63,978 nt of DNA, filler included, from Acidimicrobiia bacterium (GCA_046759765.1; 12 parts of 12 records of this genome joined end to end with filler, not necessarily neighbours in it), one strand, 5' to 3'; shown: positions 8,833 through 18,705, counted from the first letter of the whole stretch. Notes: generated by a model from the letters alone, not told the origin. Translations and numbers: made by a program.

Positions 8833-9709
8833 CGCTCGACCTCCGCGCGTCGCTCGAGCAACACGTGCAACGCAGCCGCATCCATCTCGCCGAGCCCGGC
8901 GGATACGGCCTCCTCGTATACAGGGTGCGCCGCGTCCAGCAAGGGCGTGGGCACGTCGAGACTCCGAGCAAACTCGGAGACGACTCCCAGATCCTTGATG
9001 AACATCGCCAGCTTGGCCGCGGGCGGGTCGTAGATTCCGGACACCATCATCGGGCCCCTGATCTCGAGGACACGTGAGCTACCCACCCCGGCCGACAGGG
9101 CCTGGAGGATTGCCTCGGCGTCCAGTCCGGCCTTGGTTCCGAGAACAAAGGCTTCGGCCGTAGCCAGGTTGTGCACCGAGACGAGCAAGTTGGCGAGGAA
9201 CTTCATGCGAGAGCCGTTGCCGAAAGCTCCAAGATCGAATGTCTCGGTCCCCAGGATTCCGAAGATCGGACCGACGCTCTCGAGGGCGTCAGGCGGGCCA
9301 CTGGCGTAGATCACGACCTCGCCCGTCGTGGCCTGGAGGCCCGTGCCACTCACCGGTGCATCTATCACGGCCACGCCCTTTGGCTCGAGGGTGTCCCGGA
9401 CGCCCTCCTTGGTTGCGAGCGCCAGCGTGCTCATCTCGATCAAAACCGTCCCCGGCGGCGCTTCGGCAGCAAGTCCCTCCTCACCGCTCACCGCTTGCTC
9501 GAGCGCGATTGCCGACGGCAGGGCGGTTATCACTACATCTGACCGCGCAGCGACGGCCCCGGACGACTCGACCGCGACCCCACCTGCTTCCTCGAACAGC
9601 TTCGCCTGGCCGGCTGCGACGTCGTACCCGACTACCTCCAGCCCGGCACGGAGCAGATTCTCGGCGTACGCACTGCCCATGATTCCCGGCCGATCACTCC
9701 AACGTTCAT
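8829..9709 (-). pseudogene. NAD(P)-dependent 3-hydroxyisobutyrate/6-phosphogluconate-type dehydrogenase, 1-nt deletion in the GxGxMG motif
   Basis: ATG AAC GTT GGA GTG ATC GGC C[.]G GGA ATC ATG gives MNVGVIGLGIMG only if one base is added near 9688; DAPVSG and MKFLAN motifs intact; could be an assembly error. Confidence 0.75.
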
Positions 9710-9722
9710 CACGTAACTCCGA

Positions 9723-10502
9723 TCAGTCGTCGAGGAAGGTGCGGATCACTTCAACAAGCGCTCCCGGTTGTTGTAGCTGAGGGCAGTGGCCGCAGTCCTC
9801 CAGGGTGACTTGGGATGCGCTGCGGATCCCGTTGGCCAGGTCGGCTGCCATGTCAGGCGGCGTCGTTTCGTCATCAGCGCCCACCACGACCAGCGTCGGG
9901 TTATCGATCTTCGGCAGGTAAGGCCGCAGATCCATCGCCGCCAGCGCCCGGCAGGCGGCCGCGAAAGCACGGGGGTCGACGGTCAAGAGCACCCGTCGCC
10001 TCTCCTCGACCACCGACGGGGTCTGCTCGACGTAGTGAGTTGGAAAGATCCGCCGAACAGCCGTGTTGACGACGGCTTCCATTCCCTCTTCTTCGACCAT
10101 TCGGCTCATGGTGTGAAACGCCTCGGATCGTTGGGGGGAGAATACGGCTCCGCAGTTGGTGGCAATCAAGCGATCGAAGAGAGGGCCGTGCCGGAAAGCC
10201 AGCGCGACGGCTACGAACCCACCGAGGCCGTTTCCCAGCACCGCTCCGTCGGGACCCAGTTCGAGTGTTTCCAGGACTCCGGCAACCCAGTCCGCAAGAT
10301 CCTCGATGCTTGGGTCGTCGAGAACAGAGCTCTTGCCGAATCCAGGCAAGGACACACGACAAACGGTGTGTCGAGGAGTCAGACCTGGAAGAATCAGGTC
10401 GAAGGCCGCGGGATCGGTCAGCAAAGAGTGAATCAGCAGGAGCGGTGGACCCTTTCCCTGGATCTCGACCTCGACAAGTCGGCCGTCGAATATCAGCTCC
10501 AA
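9723..10502 (-). CDS. alpha/beta hydrolase (3-oxoadipate enol-lactonase-like)
   Basis: LLLIHSL, SLPGFG, GNGLGG elbow without the usual Ser, PTLVVVGADD, CGHCPQLQQP. Confidence 0.8.
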   Translation of the reverse strand: MELIFDGRLVEVEIQGKGPPLLLIHSLLTDPAAFDLILPGLTPRHTVCRVSLPGFGKSSVLDDPSIEDLADWVAGVLETLELGPDGAVLGNGLGGFVAVALAFRHGPLFDRLIATNCGAVFSPQRSEAFHTMSRMVEEEGMEAVVNTAVRRIFPTHYVEQTPSVVEERRRVLLTVDPRAFAAACRALAAMDLRPYLPKIDNPTLVVVGADDETTPPDMAADLANGIRSASQVTLEDCGHCPQLQQPGALVEVIRTFLDD

Positions 10503-10526
10503 GGGCGGGTCACTTTCCCTGTGCCA

Positions 10527-10901
10527 TCAATCCGGTTCGGCACCCAGCGTCGCCATGAACGAGGCTTTGTAGTCGGGGGTGCGGCCCATGTAGCCGTAGG
10601 TGAGGCGTGCCCAAACGGCAATCGCGTCGCGAGCCGCCAGCAGATCCTCCGTGGTGTAGCTCGGCATGAAGAAGGGGTGAATAGTGATTCCATGGCGGTC
10701 CTCGGCGAGCATGACGTCGCGAAGGGTCGGATCATGCAGGACGTCGTAGGCGGGCGATCGAGCGGGCAGCGTTCCGCAAAGCCGGATGCGTCGTCACGTC
10801 CTCTACACGCTCGCCGTCGATCCACACCTCACGGCCGTCCCGAAGGGATGCGAGGTAGGACCCCCTGTCAGCACCTTGCGGGATACGGTCGTCTCTGTCA
10901 T
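10527..10901 (-). pseudogene. truncated, doubly frameshifted 4-hydroxyphenylacetate 3-hydroxylase (HpaB/PvcC family) N-terminus
   Basis: [37 protein letters not shown] and WARLTYGYMGRTPDYKASF lie in different frames; only ~120 codons of a ~500-aa family remain. Confidence 0.85.
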
Positions 10902-10996
10902 CACTCCACCTCCACAGAACGAAACTAACTACTCGAGGCAAGTCCGGCCTCGGGCGCCAGGGAGAGCTCGTGCTTCTGTGGTGATGCCCGGCTCGC

Positions 10997-11598
10997 TTAC
11001 TGCACCGCCAGGCGCCCGCCGTCGACAGGCAGGTTGACCCCGGTCACGTAGGAAGCGGCGGGCGAGGCCAGAAAGGCAACCACCTCCCCAATCTCGGAAG
11101 GTTGTCCGAGCCGGCCGGCCGGAATGGCGGCCAGCGTCCGCTCCTCCACCTCTGCGGGTGTCCTGTTCGTGGCCTCCGCCAGGCTGCTCATGAAGGCTCG
11201 TAGTCGCTCGGTTTCGATCGAGCCGGGCAGGATGTTGTTGACCGTGATCCCGTGTGGAGCCAGCTCCGCCGCCAATGTCTTGCCCCATTGGGCTACGGCT
11301 CCACGAACCGTGTTCGAAACCCCCAGGTTGGGAATCGGGGTGATAACCGAGCTGGAGATGATGTTTACGATTCGGGCGTAACCCTCCTCCATCATTCCGG
11401 GCAGCAGGGTCTGAACCAGCCCCTGGTTGGCAAGGAGGTGGAGTTCGAACCCGGCCGCGAACGACTCCGGCTCCGCCTCATAGGCAGGTCCGGGAGGGGG
11501 CCCGCCCGTGTTGTTCACGAGCACCACGATGGGACCCCGGGCCTCGATCTCTTTGGCCACCTTCTCGCGCAGAGATCGCCAGTCGGAGAAGTCGACCG
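10997..11598 (-). CDS. SDR family oxidoreductase, 3' part (5' part is at 17106-17347)
   Basis: [38 protein letters not shown]. Confidence 0.9.
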
Positions 11599-11698
11599 NN
11601 NNNNNNNNNNNNNNNNNNNNNNNNNNNNNNNNNNNNNNNNNNTTAATTAATTAANNNNNNNNNNNNNNNNNNNNNNNNNNNNNNNNNNNNNNNNNNNN

Positions 11699-11845
11699 AA
11701 CATCGTGATCGAGACGTATGCCGATCTTCCGGATTCCATGGTTCAACAGTTGCCGAACATCAAGCTGATGCTGTACGGGTTGCTTCTGGTGCTGGTAATC
11801 ATGTTCAGGCCCCTGGGGATCCTGGGTCAGCCGAAGCGCGGCTAG
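11699..11845 (+). CDS. branched-chain amino acid ABC permease (LivM-like), C-terminal fragment
   Basis: KLMLYGLLLVLVIMFRPLGILG C-terminal motif; upstream of two ABC ATPases. Confidence 0.75.
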   Translation, partial: NIVIETYADLPDSMVQQLPNIKLMLYGLLLVLVIMFRPLGILGQPKRG

Positions 11846-11849
11846 CACG

Positions 11850-12656
11850 ATGGATAGCTCCACTCACCCGAAGGAGAGTCAGGGCCCGGGCTCGAGGGAC
11901 GAGAAGATTCGCCTCACGAACGTCTCCAAGAGCTTCGGCGGCCGGAAGGTCGTCGACATCGAGCGCCTTGACCTGGGACGGCATGGGATCGAGGGGCTCA
12001 TCGGCCCGAATGGGGCGGGCAAGACAACGCTGATGAACCTCATCACCCACCAGCTGCGGGCGGACAGCGGGGAGGTGATCTACTCGCCGAACCACCAAGG
12101 GACCAGCCTCACACAAAAGAAACCGGACGAGATCGCACGGCTGGGCATCGTCAAGTCCAATCAGATCATCCAGGACTTCGAGAGTCTCACGATCAAGGAC
12201 TCGATGCTTTTGGCAAACTGCCCGCCCCGCTACGAGCGGTTCTACAGGATCTTCAGCGAGGGACAGTTGCGAGAGGAGTCCGCGGATGAGCTGGCGGAGT
12301 ATCTGGAGTATTTCCACTTCCAAGATGCGAGTTCCTATGCCCTCTCAGCCGGAGAGAAGAAGCTGTTGGACATCATCCGCTGTCTGCTACTCAAGCCACG
12401 GTTCCTGCTCTTGGACGAACCGACGGCCGGCTTGCCTGAGGATCAGACCAACTTGATGATGGAGTTGATGGCCAAAAAGACGAAAGAGGAGGACATATCC
12501 ATCTTGATCGTTGAGCACGACCTCGATCTCATCTGGGAAGTGTGCGAGTTCGTGCACTTCATGGCCGAGGGTGAGATCTTGCTCCAGGGATCTCCGACGG
12601 ATATACGCGGCAACCGCACGCTGGCCGAAAAGTACCTGGGGTCGAGCCATGTTTGA
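11850..12656 (+). CDS. branched-chain amino acid ABC ATP-binding protein (LivG-like)
   Basis: GLIGPNGAGKTT, LSAGE, LLLDEPTAG, VEHD. Confidence 0.9.
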   Translation: MDSSTHPKESQGPGSRDEKIRLTNVSKSFGGRKVVDIERLDLGRHGIEGLIGPNGAGKTTLMNLITHQLRADSGEVIYSPNHQGTSLTQKKPDEIARLGIVKSNQIIQDFESLTIKDSMLLANCPPRYERFYRIFSEGQLREESADELAEYLEYFHFQDASSYALSAGEKKLLDIIRCLLLKPRFLLLDEPTAGLPEDQTNLMMELMAKKTKEEDISILIVEHDLDLIWEVCEFVHFMAEGEILLQGSPTDIRGNRTLAEKYLGSSHV

Positions 12657-13341
12657 GGCCCGGGCCGTCGAGAGCGGGTATGGCGGTGTGACTGTGCTCA
12701 AGGGCCTCGATTTCTCGGTTGGGGAGGAGGTGTTCGCCGTCTTGGGAGCGAACGGAGCAGGAAAGAGCACCCTCATGAAGACGATTGCTCGGATCCTGCC
12801 CCTGAAGGCGGGTGAGATGCACTTCAAAGGAAGAGATGTCTCCGATGTCGCTCCGTACGAGTTGGCCCGATCGGGAATGGCCTACGTGCCGCAGGAGGAG
12901 AGCATCTTCCCTGAGCTGACCGTCGGTGAGAACCTTTCGATCGGGGCTCTGATGGGGTCGCGTCGCAAACAGGAGCGGATGGACGAAACCTTTGAGCTCT
13001 TCCCCGACCTGGTCGAACGCGTCAACCAGCAGGCGGGTACTCTCAGCGGCGGAGAGGCGCAGATGCTGGCGGTCGCGCGGGCATTGATGCAGGATCCCGA
13101 GCTGTTACTTCTGGACGAGCCAACGGCCGGCCTGGCACCCAAGTACGTAGACGGTCTGTTCAGCAGGATCAAGGACATCCATCAAAGCCGAGGGGTAAAC
13201 ATCGTGCTGAGCGAGCAGAACGCGGCGAAGACGCTCGCCGTTGCCGACCGGGTAATGGTGCTCAGCCTGGGCCGGATCTTTCTCATCGAAGCCACCGAGA
13301 ACGTGGATATGGAGGCACTAAAGGAGGGATACCGGATATAG
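12649..13341 (+). CDS. branched-chain amino acid ABC ATP-binding protein (LivF-like)
   Basis: GANGAGKST, AGTLSGGE, LLLLDEPTAGLAP, EQNA. Confidence 0.9.
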   Translation: MFEARAVESGYGGVTVLKGLDFSVGEEVFAVLGANGAGKSTLMKTIARILPLKAGEMHFKGRDVSDVAPYELARSGMAYVPQEESIFPELTVGENLSIGALMGSRRKQERMDETFELFPDLVERVNQQAGTLSGGEAQMLAVARALMQDPELLLLDEPTAGLAPKYVDGLFSRIKDIHQSRGVNIVLSEQNAAKTLAVADRVMVLSLGRIFLIEATENVDMEALKEGYRI

Positions 13342-13483
13342 GAACCACGCGGCAGAAAGAACAAGACCCTGACTAGCCTTTGCAGACGGCCGCCGCTTTC
13401 CAGGCGGTGCCAAGGAGGAGCAAGATACGGCAAATCTACTGAGAATTCGGAACACAAAGCACAGGCGAACTGAGGGAGGCTAG

Positions 13484-14764
13484 ATGACCATGAGAAGAAG
13501 ATGGCTAGGCGGCATCGGCATGCTCCTAGCTCTTGCACTCGTCGCCGCCGCCTGCGGCGAGGACGAAGGTGCAGCCTTACCGGACGAAATAGTCGTCGGT
13601 CACCTGTCCTATCACACCGGTGACTTCGGTGTTGTCGGACCCTGGTTCGATGCTTCGACCGACTTTGCGATCGCACTCATCAATGAGGATCCTCCGCTGG
13701 GGATTCCGCTGAGGGCTATCCACCAGGACATCGGGACGATTGGGGAGGCTGCGGCGGCTCAGAAGCTCCTCGAGCAGGACGGCACCACCGTGCTGCTAAA
13801 CCCGGCCCATAACTACGGGGCCTACCGGGACTTCATGCTCGATTGGCAAGCCGAGAACAACCTGCCGCTGATGCCGTCCGTGCATGGCGGTTCGATTTCA
13901 TCCGACATCGGCGGTATCGCAAGCGAGCCGATAATGCGAGGCGCTCCGATGGACACGGCCCAGGCGACAGCTGCCCTGATTGTGGCCAGGGACCAGGGGG
14001 CGCAGGCCATCGCCTTGATGGCCACCGAGGTCGAGGGCAGCCAGCTGCAGATGGATTCGGCGACTCAGGTCGCGGTGGACATGGGTTTGAACGTCGTGCT
14101 CGAGCTCAACGTCCCGCCCGACCAAGCTTCGTATCGCGCCGAGATCGAACGGATCGGGGACTCCGGGGCCGACTGGTTGCTGTTCTTCAGCCAGGCTCCC
14201 ACCGGGGGCACGGTCGTCAAGCAAGCGGCCGAGGCGGGTCTGTCGTTGAACATCATTGGTACCAGTGAATGGACCGGCGGCGAGTTCCCCGAAGGGGCGA
14301 CGATGGAAGCCATCAACCAGCATCGGACTGTGTGGGTCTCGGCGTTCAGCCCGGTGGACAGTCCGGCCTGGACGTTCTACGAGCCGAAGTGGACGGCACA
14401 ATACGCCGGCGTCGTGGATCAGCCGGCCGAGAACTCCTACACGATTCAGTACTACGACGTGATCAACGTGACAGCGTTGGCCATCGAGAAGGCAGGATCG
14501 CTGGACGCCAATCTCTGGATACCGGCCATGCGAGAAGTCGCCATGGCGCCCGGAACCGTTTGCTACAGCTACGGCGAGTGCGTAACGCACGTACGGGCGG
14601 GTACCGACATCGACTACTTCGGAGTGACCGGAGATATGAACTACACCGATACGGGTGTGGTCACCGGTGCCTTCGCCATGTGGGAATGGCAGGACGAAGC
14701 AACGTTGAACAAGGTGCTCGACGTCGACGGTGACGAGGTCCTCAGCCTCGACATCTACGGCTGA
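13484..14764 (+). CDS. ABC substrate-binding lipoprotein (periplasmic binding protein type 1)
   Basis: LVAAAC lipobox; C-terminal DIDYFGVTGDMNY; operon context. Confidence 0.85.
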   Translation: MTMRRRWLGGIGMLLALALVAAACGEDEGAALPDEIVVGHLSYHTGDFGVVGPWFDASTDFAIALINEDPPLGIPLRAIHQDIGTIGEAAAAQKLLEQDGTTVLLNPAHNYGAYRDFMLDWQAENNLPLMPSVHGGSISSDIGGIASEPIMRGAPMDTAQATAALIVARDQGAQAIALMATEVEGSQLQMDSATQVAVDMGLNVVLELNVPPDQASYRAEIERIGDSGADWLLFFSQAPTGGTVVKQAAEAGLSLNIIGTSEWTGGEFPEGATMEAINQHRTVWVSAFSPVDSPAWTFYEPKWTAQYAGVVDQPAENSYTIQYYDVINVTALAIEKAGSLDANLWIPAMREVAMAPGTVCYSYGECVTHVRAGTDIDYFGVTGDMNYTDTGVVTGAFAMWEWQDEATLNKVLDVDGDEVLSLDIYG

Positions 14765-14784
14765 GAGAGACTGAGCAGACGAAA

Positions 14785-14810
14785 GAAGCGGCGCCTCCGG
14801 GCGCCGCTTC
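14785..14810 (+). terminator. GC-rich hairpin after the binding-protein gene
   Basis: GAAGCGGCGCC-TCCG-GGCGCCGCTTC perfect 11-bp stem. Confidence 0.6.
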
Positions 14811-14868
14811 CCTTACGATCGTCATTTCCAGGCAATAGAGAAGTTCGACCAGATCTGGATTCCGAAAT

Positions 14869-16995
14869 GTGACCTACGTCTACTCCTTTGGCGATCCGCA
14901 CAGACTTCCACGATCGGAAGCGAGGGCGGTCATCGGCGGCAAGGCGGCCAACATCGCGGCGATGGTGGAGTTGGGTCTGCCGGTGCCACCGGGCTTCACT
15001 GTCGGCACTTCTGCGTGTCGGGCGTATCTCGCTGATGGCTGGCCGGAGGGTCTGGACGACGAGATACGGCACCACCTCGGCCGTCTGGAACAAGCAGTCG
15101 GTCGAGGGTTTGGCGACCCGAGGGATCCGCTGCTCGTGAGCGTGCGGTCGGGCGCCGCGGTCTCGATGCCCGGGATGATGGACACGATTCTCAACCTCGG
15201 GCTCAATGACGCCACCACAGAAGGGCTGGTCGCGGTGTCCGGAGATCGACCGTTTGCTGACGCATGCCGCCAAAGGTTCGAGGAGGTGTATAGGGAAGTC
15301 GTGGGCGTTGCCGTGCCTGACGACCCCTGGCAACAGCTGCGGGATGCAATCGAAGCGGTCTTCCGCTCCTGGAACAGCGATCGGGCGCGCGCTTACCGGG
15401 TTCGTGAGGCTATCCCGGACGACCTTGGAACGGCGGTCACTATCCAGGCCATGGTGTTTGGGAACCGAGGTGAAGACTCGGCCACCGGTGTTCTCTTCAC
15501 TCGCAACCCCGCCACCGGCCAGCCAACCCACTACGGGGACATCATGTTCCGCGCTCAGGGAGACGATGTGGTCGCCGGTACCCATCGGACGGAGCCGCTT
15601 TCCGTCCTCGATGAGCGGATGCCTGAGGTCGCCGAAGAGCTCCGGCGTTATGCCGATGCGCTCGAGCCCTTCTTCACCGACGTCTGTGACATCGAGTTCA
15701 CGATCGAGCGGGGCCGGCTGTGGATGCTCCAAGTGCGGATTGGCAAGCGGAGCCCCCAGGCCGCCCTACGGATTGCGGTCGAGATGGCCGAAGACGAAAG
15801 CTTTCCATTGTCACGGGCCGAGGCCGTCGAGCGGGTTGCGCCACTTCTCGCCGATCCTCCGACAACGACGGGCAACCGAAGCGGTGATGCGCAGGTCGTG
15901 GCAACTGGACTGCCTGCGTCGCCGGGCGTGGCATCAGGCGAGATTGTTACCAGGCCCGATGACGCGGTGGTGCAGGCGGAGGCCGGAAAGAGCGTGATTC
16001 TCGTCCGCTCGGAGACCTCCCCGGAGGACGTCCACGGGATGGCCAGGGCGGCGGGCATCCTGACTGCGACCGGTGGTCTCACCAGCCACGCGGCGGTGGT
16101 CGCCAGGGGGTGGGGCATACCGGCAGTGGTTGGGGCGCAGGGGGTGCGCGTGGACGACGGAACGGTCTCGATCGGCGACCTCGCATTTGTGGCTGGGGAC
16201 ATCATCTCGATCGACGGCGGCAACGGCGAAGTCTTTGCCGGCGAGATCGCTAGCACCGCCACGGTCGTCCCGGAGGCGGAGATCCTCCTATCTTGGGCCC
16301 GCGAGCTGGGAATCGAGATCCAAGGTTCAAAGGACATCAGCGTGCCAGACCACAAGAAGATCACCGAGGCCGGCGAGCTCAGTGTCGACAGCCTTGTTCG
16401 AATCCTGCTCATCAAGGGCTTCGCCACCGCGGATCAGATCGCCGCCGCCCTCGGGACGACTCCAGACGAGGCGAGCTCCGTTCTGGATCGACTGGCCGCC
16501 GACGGGTTGGCGGAGCTGACCGGGGGCATGTTTCGGTTGACGCCCGATGGAAGAGCACTGGCTGACGAGATGATTGCGGCTGACCGTGCACAGTGGGGCA
16601 CGGAACAGGCCGAGGAGGCGCTCGATGCCTTCGTTGCAATCGATCAGCGGGTCAAGCAAGTGGTTACGGCTTGGCAGATGCGCGAGGTGGACGGCGAACA
16701 GGTACTCAACGACCATTCTGACCCGGACTACGACTCCTCGGTACTGGCTGACGTTGGCGCTGTCCATACCGAGGCCGTGGCGTGGCTCCGACCGCTAACG
16801 AGCAAACTTTCCCGACTTGATGACTATTTGACCCGGCTGGACAGGGCCGCGGAGCTAGCTCGACAGGGCGATCATGTCTACATCGCCTCACCTACAGTCG
16901 ACAGTTACCACAGCATCTGGTTCGAGCTCCACGAGGATCTGATTGTCCTCGCCGGACGAACCCGGGAGGACGAGGCCGCAGCCGGACGGGCCTGA
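14869..16995 (+). CDS. pyruvate phosphate dikinase-like protein lacking the pyruvate-binding barrel, fused to a winged-helix + helical domain
   Basis: GGKAAN, VPPGF, SVRSGAAVSMPGMMDTILNLGLN, QAMVFGN, GGLTSHAAVVARG; last ~200 aa unrelated to PPDK (wHTH-like segment, DSYHSIWFELHEDL). Confidence 0.88.
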   Translation: MTYVYSFGDPHRLPRSEARAVIGGKAANIAAMVELGLPVPPGFTVGTSACRAYLADGWPEGLDDEIRHHLGRLEQAVGRGFGDPRDPLLVSVRSGAAVSMPGMMDTILNLGLNDATTEGLVAVSGDRPFADACRQRFEEVYREVVGVAVPDDPWQQLRDAIEAVFRSWNSDRARAYRVREAIPDDLGTAVTIQAMVFGNRGEDSATGVLFTRNPATGQPTHYGDIMFRAQGDDVVAGTHRTEPLSVLDERMPEVAEELRRYADALEPFFTDVCDIEFTIERGRLWMLQVRIGKRSPQAALRIAVEMAEDESFPLSRAEAVERVAPLLADPPTTTGNRSGDAQVVATGLPASPGVASGEIVTRPDDAVVQAEAGKSVILVRSETSPEDVHGMARAAGILTATGGLTSHAAVVARGWGIPAVVGAQGVRVDDGTVSIGDLAFVAGDIISIDGGNGEVFAGEIASTATVVPEAEILLSWARELGIEIQGSKDISVPDHKKITEAGELSVDSLVRILLIKGFATADQIAAALGTTPDEASSVLDRLAADGLAELTGGMFRLTPDGRALADEMIAADRAQWGTEQAEEALDAFVAIDQRVKQVVTAWQMREVDGEQVLNDHSDPDYDSSVLADVGAVHTEAVAWLRPLTSKLSRLDDYLTRLDRAAELARQGDHVYIASPTVDSYHSIWFELHEDLIVLAGRTREDEAAAGRA

Positions 16996-17105
16996 GCGCC
17001 GCGCCACTACCTCACACTGCCGGAACCCGACTTCGGTCCTCGAGAGCAAGGTACTGCCGGCATGTCCGAGCGTAAGCTCGTGGTCCGCCGATCAGGAGGA
17101 TCACT

Positions 17106-17347
17106 GTGGCCTTAGCGCTCGAAGGCAAGCGAGCGTTGGTGGGGGGCAGCTCCCGTGGCATCGGTTTCGGGTGTGCGGAGGCGCTCGCCGCCGCCGGGGC
17201 GGAAGTCATCGTGACTAGCCGCGACGCAGATGCTCTGGAGGGGGCTCGCGCTTCGCTGCTGGCACCCCTGGGACAAGACCACCGCGCCATTGCGGTCGAC
17301 TTCTCCGACTGGCGATCTCTGCGCGAGAAGGTGGCCAAAGAGATCGA
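17106..17347 (+). CDS. SDR family oxidoreductase, 5' part
   Basis: ALVGGSSRGIG; last 55 bp identical to the reverse complement of 11544-11598. Confidence 0.9.
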
Positions 17348-17447
17348 NNNNNNNNNNNNNNNNNNNNNNNNNNNNNNNNNNNNNNNNNNNNTTAATTAAT
17401 TAANNNNNNNNNNNNNNNNNNNNNNNNNNNNNNNNNNNNNNNNNNNN

Positions 17448-17525
17448 AGGAGAGAGGCGTCGTTGACCGCGCAAAGTGCAGGTCACGCCGTACTCGTTCT
17501 CCATCCCGAAGATCCGACGTTCCAT
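17448..17525 (-). CDS. pafA: Pup--protein ligase, N-terminal fragment
   Basis: [26 protein letters not shown] matches the PafA N-terminus; downstream of prcBA. Confidence 0.85.
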
Positions 17526-17623
17526 GACAACAAGCGTACCCACCGCCTCGGTCAACGCACATGACTCCCGGCTTGGGGCAGAATGCATCCAACGGAAAGT
17601 ACCGGCCGCCAGGAGTCATTAGA

Positions 17624-17980
17624 GTGTCCGAGCTTCGCCCCAGCTTCGTGCTGTTGGGCCGGATGGGAGACCCGGCCACCGCCCGCGTCGCCGCGGCCCG
17701 CCTCGACGCCGAGGGGATAGAGGTGCGAGTCCACGGCGAGGCGCTGGGGCCTTATCCGGTGACGGTCGGCCAGATGGCCGTGACCGAGCTATGGGTACGG
17801 GATGCTCAGCTGGAGGACGCCCGTCGCCTCATGCTCGAATTCGAGATCGACACGTTGGAGCCGTCCGCAGGGCCCGTCCCGCAGGGCTCGCTGCGGTGGC
17901 TGCGCTTCAGAGTCCTGGCGCTCGCGGTGCTCCTGATCCTCACCGCGCTGGTGGCACGGGCTCTGCTCCGAGTCTTTTGA
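17624..17980 (+). CDS. DUF2007-like putative signal-transducing protein with C-terminal TM helix
   Basis: A..AAARLDAEGIEVRV...ELWVRDAQLEDARRL pattern. Confidence 0.6.
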   Translation: MSELRPSFVLLGRMGDPATARVAAARLDAEGIEVRVHGEALGPYPVTVGQMAVTELWVRDAQLEDARRLMLEFEIDTLEPSAGPVPQGSLRWLRFRVLALAVLLILTALVARALLRVF

Positions 17981-18024
17981 CTGTCTAGCCGACCAGACGC
18001 CGCCAGGACCTTCGGGATGCTGTA

Positions 18025-18705
18025 CTAACCGCGCGCGGCGGCGATCTCGTCGGCCGGCAGCCTGCGGAACGCCCTCCGTCCCAGCGTGCGGTCCACAACG
18101 GCGGCCTCCCAGCCGTCGGGTGCGATCTCGCCGCTATCGAGGGCTTCAAACGAGGCCGTGCTCCAGGCGATGGCCTGCTGGAGGGGAGCATCGTCCTGGT
18201 AGCGCTCCTCGAGCAGGCGGACCAGGTCGTCGGACTGGCCGCCGATGGCGCAGAAGCGGCGCTCGTCGTACAGGGTCCCGTCGTAGGTGACACGGAACAG
18301 CCGATTTCCTTCCGACTCCAGCCCCACCTCGGAGACCAGGATCTCGATCTCGTACGGCTTCACCTCTTGGGTGAAGATATGGCCGAGCGTCTGGGAGTAG
18401 GCATTAGCGAGGCCCTTGGCGGTCACGTCGCTCCGGGCGTAGGCGTAGCCCTTGAGGTCGGCGTGCCTGATGCCGGCCACTCGCAGCGTCTCGAACTCGT
18501 TGTACTTGCCGACCCCGGCGTAGGCGATCCGGTCATAGATCTCGCTGATCTTTTGGAGGGCCCCGCTCGGGTTCTCGCCCACCAGCAGCACGCCGTCCCT
18601 GTACTCGACGGCGACGATGGAGCGTCCCCGGGCGATGCCCTTGCGGGCATACTCCGCCCGATCTTTCATCAGCTGCTCCGGGGGGACGTAGAAGGGCAGG
18701 GTCAC
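18025..18705 (-). CDS. prcA: proteasome alpha subunit
   Basis: PFYVPPEQLMKDRAEYARKGIARGRS, KISEIYDRI. Confidence 0.95.
   Translation of the reverse strand: MTLPFYVPPEQLMKDRAEYARKGIARGRSIVAVEYRDGVLLVGENPSGALQKISEIYDRIAYAGVGKYNEFETLRVAGIRHADLKGYAYARSDVTAKGLANAYSQTLGHIFTQEVKPYEIEILVSEVGLESEGNRLFRVTYDGTLYDERRFCAIGGQSDDLVRLLEERYQDDAPLQQAIAWSTASFEALDSGEIAPDGWEAAVVDRTLGRRAFRRLPADEIAAARG

Noticed and set aside
10503..10529. TGA ending the hpaB remnant is in frame with the downstream hydrolase, suggesting Sec read-through
   Set aside because: Not a catalytic Cys position, no clear SECIS, and the upstream part is already frameshifted; better explained as a deletion junction.
14869..16995. Annotating this gene as ppdK
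   Set aside because: The pyruvate/PEP-binding domain is absent, so canonical PPDK function is unsupported.
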